Shown here: positions 36,253 to 38,572 of the stretch, in pieces | How positions within the stretch are numbered: the first letter of the stretch is position 1 | How the letters are laid out: each line of letters opens with the position of its first letter | Virus record (IMG/VR): IMGVR_UViG_3300048861_000259 | Location: 1-38,572 of that record | DNA length: 38,572 bases | Source: a virus | Taxonomy: Duplodnaviria; Caudoviricetes | Strand: one strand, 5' to 3' | The notes under the pieces: model-generated | Databases searched by the model: none | What the model was told of the DNA's origin: nothing | The model's input: only the letters and a program-made list of their open reading frames with translations | Position numbers and translations under genes: made by a program

Positions 36253-36336
36253 AAATGAACAACCGTGTTTCGCGGATTGATCCCGCACGCCTATCGCCCA
36301 AGGGGGCCAACGACAACGAAGATAAGTATGGGATGA
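36253..36336 (+). repeat. 84-bp direct repeat, copy 2
   Basis: Matches 35557-35640. Confidence 0.95.
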
Positions 36337-37205
36337 CCGATCACATCCTGTATCTTGGGGATGCCCTCACAGTTCTCAAGTCGATCCCCGATACCTCTAT
36401 TGACCTTTGCGTCACCGATCCGCCCTACTTCATCAAGGGTCTTGGCAAAGATTGGACTTCGAAGAGCGCATCTCGCGACAAAGCCAAGCGCAAGATGATC
36501 AACAATCTACCGGGCGGCATGGCGTTCGAACAGAACCAAGGGCGCGATCTGCAAGCGTTCATGCAGCCGATCGCCGCCGAGATGTTCCGAGTGCTCAAAC
36601 CCGGCGCGTTCTTCGTCAGCTTCTCGCAGGCTCGCCTCTTCGCCCGCATGTCGGTCGCGATCGAGGACGCAGGCTTCGAGATGCGCGACATGCTCGCGTG
36701 GCACTACGAAAGCGGCCTCCCCAAGGCGATGGCGCAGGATCGCTTCGTGCGCCTGCTCGACATCCCGGCGAACGATCAGGAAGCCCTTATCGACGATATC
36801 GGTGGCCGTAAGACGCCGATGCTCAAGCCAATGCTGGAACCCATGACGCTCGCGCAGAAGCCCCGTGAAGGCACCTACGCGGAAAACTGGCGGAAGCATC
36901 GCGTCGGCCTCGCCGACGTATCGCAGTCGATCGACGGCATGTTTCCCGGTAACTGCATGAGCGTGCCCAAGCCGACGAAGGCGCAGAAGGGTGAAGCGAA
37001 CGATCACCCCACGGTGAAGCCGGTTCCGCTGATCGAGCATCTCGTGAAGCTGTTCAGCGCGCCGGGGCAGACGGTGCTCGATCCGTTCCTTGGTTCGGGC
37101 TCGCACGGTGTCGCCGCTCTAAAGGCTGGTCGAAAATTCGTCGGGATCGAGCGTGACCCCGCCTACTTCGAGATCGCCAAGGGGCGGATCGATGACGCTG
37201 CCTAA
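36255..37205 (+). CDS. beta-class N4/N6 DNA methyltransferase
   Basis: TDPPY, HPTVKP and LDPFLGSGS motifs; second start at 36333. Confidence 0.9.
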   Translation: MNNRVSRIDPARLSPKGANDNEDKYGMTDHILYLGDALTVLKSIPDTSIDLCVTDPPYFIKGLGKDWTSKSASRDKAKRKMINNLPGGMAFEQNQGRDLQAFMQPIAAEMFRVLKPGAFFVSFSQARLFARMSVAIEDAGFEMRDMLAWHYESGLPKAMAQDRFVRLLDIPANDQEALIDDIGGRKTPMLKPMLEPMTLAQKPREGTYAENWRKHRVGLADVSQSIDGMFPGNCMSVPKPTKAQKGEANDHPTVKPVPLIEHLVKLFSAPGQTVLDPFLGSGSHGVAALKAGRKFVGIERDPAYFEIAKGRIDDAA

Positions 37206-37277
37206 TAACCGAAAGGATCGCCGCCTAACCTTCTCATCCCGTTCGTCGCGGTTTAGGATCGCTGGCGGGGGTGTCCG

Positions 37278-37814
37278 ATGCTCGAAATCCTTACCGACGA
37301 TGAAGCGCGCGAAAGGCTTACGGGGCTGCGTGCTGCCTTCTCGACGCACATACCCGACACGACGATCTTCATCGCCAACATCATCCTCGTGAGTACCGCG
37401 TTGAGGGTGGCGGCGAACCTGAACGACAGCGATGGCCTCGCATTTTTCGGGGTGCTGCTGCCCTTCATGGTCTTCATCAAGATTTTGGGACTGGCGCTAC
37501 CGAGTGAGAGGGAATCGCCCGCGTTCCCGACCATCGTGGGCGTCGTGATCGGTGTGGCAGCGACGGCATTGGCGCTGTGGGGATCGAACGAGGCGACGAA
37601 CGCCTCTCTGCTGCAATTGGACAGCCCGCGCCTCCAAGCCTTCCTACAAGATCGCCAGAAGGTCGCCTCGGAAGAGATACCGAACTTCCAACGCGGGCTT
37701 GCCCTGCACTGTTTCCAAAAGCCGGGGCCGCTGCCCAAGGATGCCGCCGAGTGCCAGCGCCTAACCGCGTTCTTCAACGCCCATCCCCTCCCCGTGAGCG
37801 GGGATGTCGAGTGA
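37278..37814 (+). CDS. hypothetical membrane protein (about 3 TM)
   Basis: Three hydrophobic segments; stop overlaps the next ATG. Confidence 0.6.
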   Translation: MLEILTDDEARERLTGLRAAFSTHIPDTTIFIANIILVSTALRVAANLNDSDGLAFFGVLLPFMVFIKILGLALPSERESPAFPTIVGVVIGVAATALALWGSNEATNASLLQLDSPRLQAFLQDRQKVASEEIPNFQRGLALHCFQKPGPLPKDAAECQRLTAFFNAHPLPVSGDVE

Positions 37815-38572
37815 TGGCCGAGATCGAAGTGTTCACCCTCCACTACACCAAGGCCGATCTCGAAGCCGCTCCCGAGGCAGAGCGCGTGTTCTTCCTCATG
37901 ATCACGCAACTGTCCAACGATCTCCAAATCCTTTGGAAGCAAATGCTCATGGCATTTGCCAATCCACCAGCAGGCGTTGTCCACGGGCAAGCCGCATCGA
38001 CGGTTGCCATGCTCAACCTGCGTCTCTTATGCGGAAGATTGGCAGAGGGCGGACGCACGCTGCACGTCGTTTTCCGCAACATTCGAGATGACTACGAGGC
38101 GGTTTTCAACGAGAAAACCCGCGCCGCACTCACCGACCTGTACGCGCTCTTTGACGATCGAAACAACCTGATCAAACGGGTTCGCGATAAAGTCGGCTTC
38201 CATGCGGATGTGGCGGAAACCCTCGAAGCTTTCGCGGCGCTCCCGGCCGGTGTCGCGCTCGGCGATTATTTGGCTTTCACAATCAACAACACGCTCTACT
38301 GGTCTGCTGCCGTAATCAACGACGCAGTCTTGCGAAATCTCACCGGAACTGATCAGGCGAGCGCCTTGCAGAAGGTCATGTCGCTCGCGCAGGACACCAC
38401 CTCGCTCTTCAACACGGTGGCTTTCGCGTACACGCGCGTCTTCGCCGAACGCTACCTTTACGCTGCGCTCGACAATCTCAAAGATCATCGAGAAACGATC
38501 GGCGACGTTCAGCCCCTTCACGAGCTTCGCTTACCGTTTTTCCTCCAGATGCCGGGAAGCATCGGATCATAG
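37814..38572 (+). CDS. HEPN-like alpha-helical protein
   Basis: 252 aa from ATG 37814; RDKVGFH (R-x5-H) motif. Confidence 0.55.
   Translation: MAEIEVFTLHYTKADLEAAPEAERVFFLMITQLSNDLQILWKQMLMAFANPPAGVVHGQAASTVAMLNLRLLCGRLAEGGRTLHVVFRNIRDDYEAVFNEKTRAALTDLYALFDDRNNLIKRVRDKVGFHADVAETLEAFAALPAGVALGDYLAFTINNTLYWSAAVINDAVLRNLTGTDQASALQKVMSLAQDTTSLFNTVAFAYTRVFAERYLYAALDNLKDHRETIGDVQPLHELRLPFFLQMPGSIGS

Larger units (their letters stand above)
379..38572. mobile_element. HK97-like temperate siphovirus prophage integrated in comM; the other end is not visible
   Basis: Complete head-tail module plus replication, methyltransferase and accessory genes. ComM similarity breaks at about 378-380. Confidence 0.9.

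Noticed and set aside
35557-36336. Direct repeats as a possible CRISPR array or DGR template/variable pair
   Set aside because: Only two 84-bp copies separated by a gene; no cas or reverse transcriptase gene; too few differences to indicate adenine-specific mutagenesis
35531-37260. GCCTAAC at 35531, 36225 and 37223 resembles integron attC inverse core sites (RYYYAAC)
   Set aside because: No matching GTTRRRY core or long imperfect palindrome follows and no integron integrase is present; Ala-Ala-stop codons explain the first two copies

Overview
Almost the whole window is a temperate HK97-like siphovirus prophage from a GC-rich alphaproteobacterium (likely Sphingomonadales/Caulobacterales; inferred from a LexA box and ssrA-like motifs). 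It is inserted into comM, whose 3' end occupies 1-~380. The minus strand carries HNH, cos region, terminase, portal, protease, capsid, connectors, tail, tape measure, tail tip and a holin. Further right are a resolvase, an origin-like region, a VirE/VapE-like ATPase, an AlpA regulator, a second tail-fibre cassette and three plus-strand DNA methyltransferases. Accessory cargo includes an MmeI-like R-M enzyme, two HEPN-like proteins and a soluble+membrane gene pair. No integrase, repressor or endolysin is visible. Four patterns stand out. (1) A TAA(A/G)TA element, like the T4 late promoter, sits mostly 4-5 nt before the SD-less ATG of over a dozen ORFs, suggesting gene-by-gene leaderless transcription. 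(2) Three methyltransferases each have an SD-led N-terminal leader with an ssrA-like ANDN motif, a C-terminal Ala-Ala and an internal TAAGTA-N4-ATG second start, suggesting degradable versus stable isoforms. (3) Two tail proteins end in paralogous intein-like Hint domains. (4) There is a candidate anti-Shine-Dalgarno small RNA. All functional calls rest on motif recognition by eye; no searches were run.
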